Origin: a virus
Taxonomy: Duplodnaviria > Caudoviricetes
IMG/VR virus record: IMGVR_UViG_3300030390_001226
Span: 1-62,744 of that record
Direction: 5' to 3' (one strand)
DNA length: 62,744 nt
Below, one piece after another: positions 20,101 to 29,116 of the stretch; the first letter of the stretch is position 1, and each line of letters opens with the position of its first letter. The notes beneath the pieces were generated by a model, which was given only the letters and a program-made list of their open reading frames with translations, ran no database searches and was not told the DNA's origin. Made by a program: the position numbers and the translations under genes.

Positions 20101-23100
20101 TATCTGACATTTCTGTAGCTAAGGTTTCAGGCAGTTCTAGCATTAATATAGATACTATAGCTTATTTACTTGACTTCACAAACCAACTAGAAACTAGTAA
20201 TTCAGACTTAATAGAATCAAATTCATTAGCTATAGACCTTATAGATAGTAATCACCAAGTTGAGGTAGATGATTTAAATAGTCAGATAAGCGGTTTTGCT
20301 GATAATTTAAGTTCTATTCTTTCATCATTAGAAGGATTAGGTTCAAGTATTGATCTGGCGATAACAGACTTATCTCTTACTAGTAGTGTTACTCAAGCGG
20401 ACATAGATCAATTAATATCTGAATTTGATTTTACTAATACAACCATAAATGAACAAGTAGGGTTTTTATTAAATCTTATTAGTTTATTAAATAATCAGAT
20501 CAATGATTTACAGCTAAATGAAGGTATAGATAACAGCCTTAGTGATAATTGGATGTTTACCTTTAGTGGTGGTTCACCAATCACAACAGACGCTGTTCCT
20601 ACTATTTTCAGTACGGATTTAGTTATAAAAAATTCTGATACTAGTTTTTCTCCAGTATATGTAGCTAGTCTAGAAGTATACAGTCCTGCATCTTCATATT
20701 ATTATTTTGCAAATGATGATTACCCAAATGCTGGAGAAAGACATTTGTTGTTTAGTTTTTTACAAGGATTAAACATTTTAGCAGGTAGAGCTGATTATAC
20801 TATTGATCTTAAAGATGAAACAGGTGAAGTAATTACTTTTCCTGCTTCTTTTATAATACCATTTAGTAATGCTTCTGGTGATATAATAAATATAAAAGCT
20901 ACTGTATACAATTATAGTCTTGATTTTTTAGATGATAATGGTACTTTAAATAACCAAGGAGACATTCCCTTATACAAAGACTCTGTTTATTTAACTAGGC
21001 AAGATGTAACCGATGGAATACAGGTTGAATTTGAAGCTTTAAATGGGTCTACTGGTTGGGAGTTTTACACAAAAATTAATGAAGTAGAAACAAGATTAAC
21101 AAATGATAGCAAGATTCAGCTAGCTTTAGATAGTAATTTGAGTTACAGTTGGAATACAAATTACCCTACTACTTCTGGGTATGATGCTCCTAATGGTATA
21201 GATTTTAGAATGTATTTTGAGCAAAAACAAGCTTCAGAAGTATCACCCCTTGGTAGAAATCTTAAAGGGTCTGTAGAGAACTTCGTGTCTCGTGCTGCAG
21301 AACCAAGCTATTCTATGCTTGACCTTGCTGCGAGTGAAAACTTCATATACCCTTCAGGGTCTTCTGATATTATATTAAATAAGTCATCAGATGTAAAGGC
21401 TAACTTGTCTGGGAATATTATTGGAGCTAAGAAGTACATTAAGAACGTTCTACTTGGAACTACAAAGGTGTCTCCAAACTTAAGTGATGACTATAAGTGT
21501 ATAGGTACTTATGAAGATAAACCTACAAGCTCTATCTATTATTTTGTACACAACAACTCTAACGATAGGTTTGACTGTATTCTAGAGTATAACCTTATAG
21601 ATGATCAAGTTAGGACTGTATATCAAGACGGTAGAACAAGTAGTAAAGGTGAGGGCGAAACACTAAATATATTAAACTTTAGTAAAGACCATGCTATTAC
21701 AGGCGTTAATAAGGTGGATGATATACTTTACTGGACCGACAACCTTAATAGACCTAGAAAGATAAATGTTAGACTAGCTAAGAAAAATGAGTCTAATATA
21801 GTTAGCTCATCTAATAGGTTTGAAGATATTTACTTTAACACTTATAATAGCTCTGCTTTCTTAACCTATAAAGATCAGATGTTTGATGTTGGTGATGATA
21901 TATACACTCACGTAAATTATTCTGGTATTAGTTCTTTTAACGGTTACGCTGAAGTTACAGGTATTGTTAGGAAAATGCCTCAAGAATTAACGTTTGATGT
22001 TGATGGCACAACAACGGTTACCACTAGCTTTGCTTTATTGAACTCTCAGTTATCTGAAGGTGAGTTTATAGGAATTATGGATAGCACTGGATTTCCTACT
22101 TATTACCAAGTAGAGAGTATAAGTGGAACTACTATAACAACAGTTGAACCTGTTGGGTTTACGTTATCTAGCGCATCTCCTTTGCAGTTAAATGATCTTA
22201 GCATAGGGGCTGTTTTAACTAACTGTCCTTTCCTTCAGAGTTACGATTTACTTCCTGGGATTATGCTTTTAGCTAACCCTTCAGATGCTTATTCTCCATT
22301 AATTACTTATGGTACTTATGAGGATAAGATGCGTTACTTAGACGTTGTTAAGCACCAACCATATAAACGACCTAGCGTATTTCCTACAATAGATCCTGGT
22401 TACGCTAAAAACAACATACTAGATAATCTATTTCAATTTAAGTACAGGTATATACACCACGACAACGAGAACACCTCTTACAGTGGTATATCCAACATAG
22501 AGATAGATCCTGAGTTTGCTAGAAATACTCCGTTAAAGTTTACTGAGTATGCGTTAACAGCAAACAATATAGAGGTAGAGTACTTTGATAGCATATCTGA
22601 TGTTACTAAACTAGAGATTGTAGCTAGGAAGGGTAATAATGGGGAGTTTGTTCTTGTAGATACTGTTGAGAATAACTTTATAAAGTACTTAAAGGTATTA
22701 AAGAACGAACATATATCTACAGTACCAACTCAGGATGTTTCATTTTTTCTTTTTGAAATAAATAAATCATTCATTAATTTTAGAAATAATGGGGTTTATC
22801 CTTTTGTAGACAAAGGTGATTCTGACAAGTTATTTGATGCTGTACCTAAGTTGGCTAAGGCTCAAACTATTATATCAGACAACAGGTTAACCTATGGTAA
22901 TATCTTAGAGGGTTACGACAACACTCCTTTAGTTGTGAGTAGTAGTTTTAATGCTGATGGTCCTATAGTTGAAACTAACGAGTATAATTTTCCTGTTTAT
23001 GCTTTATCTACAGGTGCAAACCAAATAACTACGATAGACGTAGATGATAATGCTGCTGCAAACTCAGTTTTAGGTCAGGAATTAACTGGTAGCTCAGAAC

Positions 23101-26100
23101 CTAATATATGGGAACCAGGTGCAAATAAAAACTGTAAGGTTCATTTTTACATTGACCTTGAAGGTATGAATCTTAATCAAGAAAATTCTCAAACTCTTTC
23201 TATTGATTTAAGCTTTCACGTAGCAAGAAGATCTTTTACTGGTAAAGCAAAAAAGAGGGCTGGTAGATTTGCAATGAACGTAGACATAACGGGGTTGAGT
23301 ACAATTAACCAAGTTAGAGCTAAAATTATTGCTCAGTTTAACCAAGACAATTGGGAGGGTGGAACAAAAATGCAAACTGGAGATCCTGGTACCGCACATA
23401 TATGGGACTGCGTTAAAAACGAAGGAGGGGAGGCTGATGTGCAATGTACGTTGTCTGGTGCTTATATGATAAACGTCTATTGGAAGCAAAAGAAAAACTC
23501 TACTGATTCTAATAGTGGTGCACCTACTTCTTGGGGTGATTGGTCTAGAGTAATACAAAACGTAAAAGTTAAACTACTTAGTGGTGCACCAGGAGTTAAC
23601 TCGTTTAAAACGGGTGCGTTCCATGACTTTGGTATATCATACTTTGATGAGACCAATAGGTGTTCTTTTGTTAATGTTGCACCTGATTATGGTAATGAAG
23701 TTCCACTTCAAGATAAATTTAACGATGAAGTTTTAAACGTTAACTTAAACGGTACTAGGGCTTATAACGCATTACCTACAGAAGATGGTGGGCTAGGTTT
23801 AGGTCAGCCATCAAGTGTTAAGTTTTCTATATATAACAAGCCACCACTATGGGCTACGAGCTATCAGTTTGTTTACGCAGGTAACACCTCTGTAGATGAG
23901 TTTATGCAAGTTTCAGTGCCGTTGGTTATCCCTGGTTCTGGAAGTGGAGACACTCAAATGTATTTAAGCCTTCAGTCTTTAAAGGGACATAAGTCTAGTT
24001 ATACTGAGGCTACAGCTTCCTTAATTGACTTTGAGGTTGCAGATGGGGATAGAATTAGGTTTATTAGTTGTAATGTTGATGGCTCAAGAAGACGTTTTAC
24101 TAATTACTTAGACTTTGAGATTACAGGCTTTGATTTTTATCAAGAAGGAGCTGCTGATGTTAACGGGAACCCTATTACTATTGCTCCTGGTCAAGAAGGT
24201 TTTTACATCTCCATAGCAAACCCAGGAAGTGTACAAGTAGGATTGGAAGGTGCTTCTGACGTAAGTATAGACCACTCAGGTTTTTCTTTGGACGGTAGTG
24301 GTTATGACTTGCTAGTAGCAGAGCTTTATAGACCTAAGAAGACTCAAACACCTGAAAACTTGGTGTACTATGAGATTGGTGATAGGTATGAGATAGGTAA
24401 TCATGGTACTGGTCAAAGATACCATAATGGTGATATACCTCAGATACCTGACTATTTTACGGATAAAGATGTAAGTACAGAGGTTTCTTTAACGCCTGCT
24501 ATAATTTCTATAACTACTGGTGATGTATACATAAAGCCTAGGGTTATGTTTACTCAACAAGATGGTGCTGCGTTTGAAAGCTTTGCCTGTGAAGATTACT
24601 ACCTAAATGATTTCCATAACACAAATCACTACGACAAGGGTAGAGTTAATGTTATTAATAATAACGCTGCAGAGAGAAGGTTAGACGCTTCTGTTTATTA
24701 CTCTGAGACTTATGTTAGTACTGGAGCTATAAATGGACTGTCTTCGTTTAATCTAGCCCACACACCTTACTTTGATTATAACAAAGAGTTTGGGTCTATA
24801 CAATCGTTAAAAAATAGCGACAATGACCTAATGATATTCCACGAGAGTAAAGTAGGTAAAGTACTTGTTAAGGAGGATGTATTAAGAACTGCGTCAGGAG
24901 ATGGTTTAGTTTCTTTATCTAACAACATAATATCTAATTACGCTACCTTGTATGCTGGTCAGTTTGGGTGTGGTCTTAATCCTGAGTCTATTGTTAGACA
25001 TGGTAAGAAGTTCTACTTTGCTGATATAAAAAGAGGGTCTATACTTAGACTATCTACTGATGGCTTAACAGTTATCTCTGATTATGGTATGAAAGACTAC
25101 TTTAGAGATATTGGCGAGCTTTACATTAAGTACAACCCTGATAACATACAAACATTTGAGGATAGTAATTTTAATAAACTTGCTGCACCTTACTTAGTAA
25201 TAGGTGGTTACGACCCTAAGTATGATGAGTATGTTATAACAATACCTAGCATTGAGGTTGGTCGTAGAAACTACTCTACTGGTAATACTGATACGGTTAA
25301 AAATTGGAGCGATGGAATAGCTACTTGGGATAACTCAACATCTTTGGTTAATTTAAAAGTTGATGACACTGTATTTAACGCTGTAACCTTAGGGTTTAGT
25401 GAGGGAACTAATAGGTGGACTTCGTTCTACTCGTTTGTACCTGATTTTTACTCTAAGATAAACAAGCAATTTGTTAGCTTTAAAGAGGGTAGAACTTACA
25501 GACATAATGATTCTGATATATACTCTAGATCTCAATCTAAGTTTAACAAGTTTTATGGTAACGACAACTTATCTTATATAGACTTTATTTTTAACGCAGA
25601 CCCTTCTAGTATAAAAACTTATAACGCTATTTCTTTGGAGAGTGACACTAAGTTTATAACAGGAATGTTTACAAATATGGGTCAATATTATGGTAACTAC
25701 GATGATGTTATTACTACAAGTATAGCCTTTAAGAAGGTTGATGGGACCATAAACAATTACCAAGGAGTGGATAGTAATTATATATCTGGTAATAACACTG
25801 AGTTTTATGATAGTGTTTCTCCTGGTGATTTAGTTCGAGTTTTTGGTTACGAAAAGAGAGACGCTATAGTTAAGGATTTTATAGTAACTAAGATAGTATC
25901 AAATGAGCTTATCACTGTTAACGAACCTTTAAATCTTGATATAACTAATAGCTACATGCTAGTTATAGATTACAAGAGCAAGGAGAGTATTCAATACTCT
26001 AACATTCCTTTTGCAAGTTCAGGGGTAGATTCTTTAAATGATAACACTAATTTTGGTGACGGTTCTGAGATAATAGGTGTTGGTACTCCAGATTATGGGT

Positions 26101-26657
26101 TTGTCCTTCCAAACAATACTGGTGTATGTGGTGGTAAATTTAATGATGCGTCTATACCTTTAAGCCAAGTGCTACCTATTCAAATGATTTCTGGTGCTGA
26201 GTATGTGATTCATAGTTTAAATAGCGATACGACATTTGATGTTAGTGATGTAGACCCATCATTATCTTCTGCAGATACCGTTGTAGGTAAAGTGTTTACT
26301 TGTAAATACCCCTCTACAAATAGTAACGTATCTTTACTTAGCACAAATCACAAGTTGTATATTAAATTTGAAAACAATGAAACTTATTTTTTAGGTTACA
26401 TAAATACTTATGGTAATCCAGACTCTAATGGTATTATTACTGTTTTTTTTGTAAAGAATACTGGTTATACAAACACCACTAACCTAACTAAAGGTTTCTT
26501 ATTTATCGTTAAGAATGGTAACGTAGAGGGTGAGGGAATGAAAGGTAGTTACATGAGGACTATATTAGCTACGAATAATAATCAATCTAAAAAGAAATTT
26601 AATCTTTACTCTGCAAATGCAGACGTAGATAAGAGTGAGTTAAGTGGGACTAAATAA
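17145..26657 (+). CDS. Giant tail nozzle/stabilization-like protein with ~1400-aa insertion
   Basis: GGMDKDSDPRL..DALNI N-terminus; LYWTDNLNRPRKIN, FKYRY, FGSIQ, NPES, GGYDP, WTSFYSF motifs. Confidence 0.7.
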   Translation: MAQDKRVFTGGMDKDSDPRLVKGGDYRDALNIRNTSSSDGTSGSVENMEGNTLVHYGFIDEADEITEVTPVGNGDFEIIEVEPSQTFYQQQIIFCCREIDHEFYNHTLYYYNTNTNGFAGIPPSNIYWVGTQYQTNTANQLYNLYGPGGPLSVLNVIDTITGNVIEIQAEIDFDSNSQLQPGYDSPFTVTYTSTQANAEFLLQVYGGVNDDDLAINISDFDISDTEPLGPGISVTYQKSFVTVPSYDSNVDNENNSFGLNGGSNSQGSEYEFQVTGPEPKDPSKEAADVGIYSYDQVGEGDSEDDYIVSPFIDLTDVSAGTGSGGDYEFGSGTSLSNSLLNILETDKYGNVLISGGSGTTTTVGLVTADFVNDTVLKGHNSGTPRNNPSEASYSQIEYYYNNTEVTEGDGFTISQGTLTFSGEEVLSSNYYVLKSNILGNKNYLLSFTVSGLTLGKSFTITSGNTTIGKVSTNGIQLLYFEATGNSSVIYLQISSDFSTSESFTISNLRLFLEKIPVTKLSINFKSLGSAQFKLALATSAEQLKIDLVAGRVNSQFNEWYPGVGLSLINKSIGSDNISALGNTITELKEQLIEANASIASLYTSIANTNTAHAEELETLQTALSIAGVSLAEVQSELTAAQAAQTVIDNELIALYDQYEILSSAVSNLDPEGGSSLLDQVSTISGLSLGLEAVNNALASVSTSHLTNAELAAEIDKLQDDYDDLIIVNDGLLADLNDAAIRIDELEGSLTTINSTLATQSNTINELQAELQAAIDNEDNGDTPFDQDDLNLLTVTHNDEINDIREEYNGAITLLNATIAGLESELEIADDDITQADITTLEAEVDRIQAALDLIEEQEAADPTVLDVEHYINDTKFEDESEWLLGNDWSFDTNGATFRGNGEGSASDKRLQKSVTLDAGNYIVSLNASIGSNLDSFYVATIASSGFYFTNHETITTSGRSVFRITITNTKSKFWIIPSYINSNFSISDISVAKVSGSSSINIDTIAYLLDFTNQLETSNSDLIESNSLAIDLIDSNHQVEVDDLNSQISGFADNLSSILSSLEGLGSSIDLAITDLSLTSSVTQADIDQLISEFDFTNTTINEQVGFLLNLISLLNNQINDLQLNEGIDNSLSDNWMFTFSGGSPITTDAVPTIFSTDLVIKNSDTSFSPVYVASLEVYSPASSYYYFANDDYPNAGERHLLFSFLQGLNILAGRADYTIDLKDETGEVITFPASFIIPFSNASGDIINIKATVYNYSLDFLDDNGTLNNQGDIPLYKDSVYLTRQDVTDGIQVEFEALNGSTGWEFYTKINEVETRLTNDSKIQLALDSNLSYSWNTNYPTTSGYDAPNGIDFRMYFEQKQASEVSPLGRNLKGSVENFVSRAAEPSYSMLDLAASENFIYPSGSSDIILNKSSDVKANLSGNIIGAKKYIKNVLLGTTKVSPNLSDDYKCIGTYEDKPTSSIYYFVHNNSNDRFDCILEYNLIDDQVRTVYQDGRTSSKGEGETLNILNFSKDHAITGVNKVDDILYWTDNLNRPRKINVRLAKKNESNIVSSSNRFEDIYFNTYNSSAFLTYKDQMFDVGDDIYTHVNYSGISSFNGYAEVTGIVRKMPQELTFDVDGTTTVTTSFALLNSQLSEGEFIGIMDSTGFPTYYQVESISGTTITTVEPVGFTLSSASPLQLNDLSIGAVLTNCPFLQSYDLLPGIMLLANPSDAYSPLITYGTYEDKMRYLDVVKHQPYKRPSVFPTIDPGYAKNNILDNLFQFKYRYIHHDNENTSYSGISNIEIDPEFARNTPLKFTEYALTANNIEVEYFDSISDVTKLEIVARKGNNGEFVLVDTVENNFIKYLKVLKNEHISTVPTQDVSFFLFEINKSFINFRNNGVYPFVDKGDSDKLFDAVPKLAKAQTIISDNRLTYGNILEGYDNTPLVVSSSFNADGPIVETNEYNFPVYALSTGANQITTIDVDDNAAANSVLGQELTGSSEPNIWEPGANKNCKVHFYIDLEGMNLNQENSQTLSIDLSFHVARRSFTGKAKKRAGRFAMNVDITGLSTINQVRAKIIAQFNQDNWEGGTKMQTGDPGTAHIWDCVKNEGGEADVQCTLSGAYMINVYWKQKKNSTDSNSGAPTSWGDWSRVIQNVKVKLLSGAPGVNSFKTGAFHDFGISYFDETNRCSFVNVAPDYGNEVPLQDKFNDEVLNVNLNGTRAYNALPTEDGGLGLGQPSSVKFSIYNKPPLWATSYQFVYAGNTSVDEFMQVSVPLVIPGSGSGDTQMYLSLQSLKGHKSSYTEATASLIDFEVADGDRIRFISCNVDGSRRRFTNYLDFEITGFDFYQEGAADVNGNPITIAPGQEGFYISIANPGSVQVGLEGASDVSIDHSGFSLDGSGYDLLVAELYRPKKTQTPENLVYYEIGDRYEIGNHGTGQRYHNGDIPQIPDYFTDKDVSTEVSLTPAIISITTGDVYIKPRVMFTQQDGAAFESFACEDYYLNDFHNTNHYDKGRVNVINNNAAERRLDASVYYSETYVSTGAINGLSSFNLAHTPYFDYNKEFGSIQSLKNSDNDLMIFHESKVGKVLVKEDVLRTASGDGLVSLSNNIISNYATLYAGQFGCGLNPESIVRHGKKFYFADIKRGSILRLSTDGLTVISDYGMKDYFRDIGELYIKYNPDNIQTFEDSNFNKLAAPYLVIGGYDPKYDEYVITIPSIEVGRRNYSTGNTDTVKNWSDGIATWDNSTSLVNLKVDDTVFNAVTLGFSEGTNRWTSFYSFVPDFYSKINKQFVSFKEGRTYRHNDSDIYSRSQSKFNKFYGNDNLSYIDFIFNADPSSIKTYNAISLESDTKFITGMFTNMGQYYGNYDDVITTSIAFKKVDGTINNYQGVDSNYISGNNTEFYDSVSPGDLVRVFGYEKRDAIVKDFIVTKIVSNELITVNEPLNLDITNSYMLVIDYKSKESIQYSNIPFASSGVDSLNDNTNFGDGSEIIGVGTPDYGFVLPNNTGVCGGKFNDASIPLSQVLPIQMISGAEYVIHSLNSDTTFDVSDVDPSLSSADTVVGKVFTCKYPSTNSNVSLLSTNHKLYIKFENNETYFLGYINTYGNPDSNGIITVFFVKNTGYTNTTNLTKGFLFIVKNGNVEGEGMKGSYMRTILATNNNQSKKKFNLYSANADVDKSELSGTK

Positions 26658-26672
26658 TAGAAAAATAATTAG

Positions 26673-26680
26673 TATATTTG
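26673..26680 (+). promoter_or_regulatory. Bacteroidota -7 element
   Basis: TATATTTG upstream of cargo genes. Confidence 0.55.
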
Positions 26681-26695
26681 TAAAAATAAAAAATC

Positions 26696-27607
26696 ATGGC
26701 ACGTAAGATAAAAGCTAAAGTATCATATAGTAAAAATAAAAAAGTTCCTAAGGCTTTTGTTGGAGCAGCTTTACAGGCAGGTCTTGGAGCTGCTAAGATG
26801 ATTACTGGTGGTATTCAGAAAAAGAGAGCAAAGAAGGCTATGGCTAACTTTGATAAGGGTAGACTAGAAGATCAGGTTAGTTCAGCTACTATGAAGACTG
26901 CAGATCAACCTATGGATCAAAATTACATAGAACAGATGCAGGGTCAGCAAGCTGCTGATAGAGCTTCTGCAATGGGTGCTTTATCCAAAGATCCTAGAAA
27001 TGCTTTAGCTGGGGTGCAAGCCTTAGAATCTTCTGCTGCAAAGCAACGTACAGATCTTATGGGTATGCAACAAGACGCTAAGACTAAAGCTATGGATAAC
27101 TTAGGTAAAGCACAAGATAGAGTTAAGGCAAATAGTATGGCTGTTGCAGGTTCTGAACTTGAAGGTATTAAGGGTGAAATGTCAGCAGGTCAACAAAACA
27201 TGTTTGGTGGAGCTGAGGATATTGCTAGTAGTGCTGCATCTATATTTAAGAAGGGTGGATCTATTGAAGCTGAAGAAGGTGGAGTAACTCCTGGAGAGTT
27301 TAGTCACAAAGACAACCCTATTGACATGGTTCAAGACGGTGAGAAAATTGGTGAGGCTACAGGTGGAGAGCTTATACTACCTCCTGATGACGTTGAGGCT
27401 GTAAGGTCTGCGTTAGACGAGGGAGACAAGGATGCTGCATTTAAATTAATGGAGGACCTTGTAGCTAAGTATGATAAGAACGTTATAGAATCAGAAGAGG
27501 CAGAGGGTGAAGAACCTCAACAAGAACCTGCCCCAATGATGAAGCATGGTGGCTACCTAGAGAAGGTTAAAGCTCGTATGGGTGCTTACATGAAATCTAA
27601 ATACTAA
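26696..27607 (+). CDS. Internal virion (cargo/ejection) protein
   Basis: Ala/Gly/Gln/Met-rich, AFVGAALQAGLG, xxGG motifs, GEFSHKDNPI module. Confidence 0.55.
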   Translation: MARKIKAKVSYSKNKKVPKAFVGAALQAGLGAAKMITGGIQKKRAKKAMANFDKGRLEDQVSSATMKTADQPMDQNYIEQMQGQQAADRASAMGALSKDPRNALAGVQALESSAAKQRTDLMGMQQDAKTKAMDNLGKAQDRVKANSMAVAGSELEGIKGEMSAGQQNMFGGAEDIASSAASIFKKGGSIEAEEGGVTPGEFSHKDNPIDMVQDGEKIGEATGGELILPPDDVEAVRSALDEGDKDAAFKLMEDLVAKYDKNVIESEEAEGEEPQQEPAPMMKHGGYLEKVKARMGAYMKSKY

Positions 27608-27610
27608 GAC

Positions 27611-29113
27611 ATGGCTGGAGAAGGTTTATTTTTTACAGGGCAAGTACTTACGAACAATCGTGATCTTTTGGAGGAAGAGGCTACTCGCCAACAACTAGAT
27701 ATGCAAAGAGAGGAGCTTGAGCTTAAGAAGCAAGCTGCTGCAGACAAGAGAAAAGAGGCTAGGAAGAAGAATGAAGTTGATCCTAATTCTTACTCTTTAG
27801 ATGAGATGGATCCATTTTTGCAGGAACAATTTCAAGGTGAAGTGTCTGATTATCAAGGTTTTGTTATTGAAAACTCTCTAAACTTTGATGATAATATTGA
27901 ACTTAAAAATCAAAAATTAAAAAACGAAGGAAATCTTAATATTTCAGGGGGTAGATATAGATCTATCTCAACTGATTTGACTTCATACCAAAACCTTATT
28001 AAAAATGGTAAAGGCGATAAATTAGCTTTAGCAGAGGACGGTAGTTATCTTTATGATTATAACTATAAAAAAATTCAGGAAGAGGTTAACAAACGAAAAG
28101 CAAATCCTGATGAGGGAATGACTTTTGATGAAGCTATGGAGGCTTACCCTATAGACGCTGACACTGTAATGAAGAGGACTGAGTGGGTTGACCCAACTAT
28201 CGCTTTGTTTGCTACTGATAATGCTAATAGAAAAGGAACTTATGATAATGAAGATGACGGTTATAAGTATAAAACTATTTCAAATAGTCAAAAAAATATA
28301 ACTCAAACAGCTATAAAAAACAAGCTAACGGTTAACTCTCAAGGGTTTCATAACGACCCCAATTACAAAAGAATTTACGATACCAAATTACTTACTATAG
28401 AGGGTAATGAGATGACCGCTAAAGAGGCTTTCTTTTTAGAGGCTTATGTTGACCCTGAGACAGGAGAAAGAGCTGAGATAACTGACGCTACTAATCTATT
28501 AGATATACTAGATTCAGAAAGTGACAACTTTAACAAAGATGCTTCTAACGCTTACGCTGAGTATTTAGCTAAGAAAATATCTGACCAGGGCTATAAAGAC
28601 ATGACTGATGAAAGGGATGGTAAGATTCAAGGTGAGACTAGTGCTCAGAAGAAAGCTAGAGAAGCTGAGGAAGATCAGATGGAGTATAATGTAGATACAG
28701 CGAAAATTATCTCTTCTTCTAAACCAGGGGATGAGGCAAATACTGGTTACCAAACCTATTATGGTCATCCTAAATTAGCTAAAGACCTTACTAAGGGTAT
28801 TAAATCAGATTCTCCTTTGTCAGCTATATTAAACCCTAGTTCTGACCAAGCTATAGCATTTAAGAAAATGGCTCAAGCTAGTATGAAGGATGCTACAACT
28901 ATGGAGTTTGATGTAATAAGCATTACTTTGGATTCAAATGGTTTACCTGTAGCTTTAATTCAAATTCCAAATAATCCAAACTCTAAAGCTTTTATACCTT
29001 ACTCTAGATTGTCTTCAAAAACAATTGAAATGTTAGGTGATGACGTGAAGAATATAGTTAACTACAAGCAACCAGAAGTAAAATTTGATCCTAACTCACA
29101 TTCAAACACTTAA
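27611..29113 (+). CDS. Internal virion protein (putative)
   Basis: Charged 500-aa ORF between cargo genes. Confidence 0.5.
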   Translation: MAGEGLFFTGQVLTNNRDLLEEEATRQQLDMQREELELKKQAAADKRKEARKKNEVDPNSYSLDEMDPFLQEQFQGEVSDYQGFVIENSLNFDDNIELKNQKLKNEGNLNISGGRYRSISTDLTSYQNLIKNGKGDKLALAEDGSYLYDYNYKKIQEEVNKRKANPDEGMTFDEAMEAYPIDADTVMKRTEWVDPTIALFATDNANRKGTYDNEDDGYKYKTISNSQKNITQTAIKNKLTVNSQGFHNDPNYKRIYDTKLLTIEGNEMTAKEAFFLEAYVDPETGERAEITDATNLLDILDSESDNFNKDASNAYAEYLAKKISDQGYKDMTDERDGKIQGETSAQKKAREAEEDQMEYNVDTAKIISSSKPGDEANTGYQTYYGHPKLAKDLTKGIKSDSPLSAILNPSSDQAIAFKKMAQASMKDATTMEFDVISITLDSNGLPVALIQIPNNPNSKAFIPYSRLSSKTIEMLGDDVKNIVNYKQPEVKFDPNSHSNT

Positions 29114-29116
29114 AAG

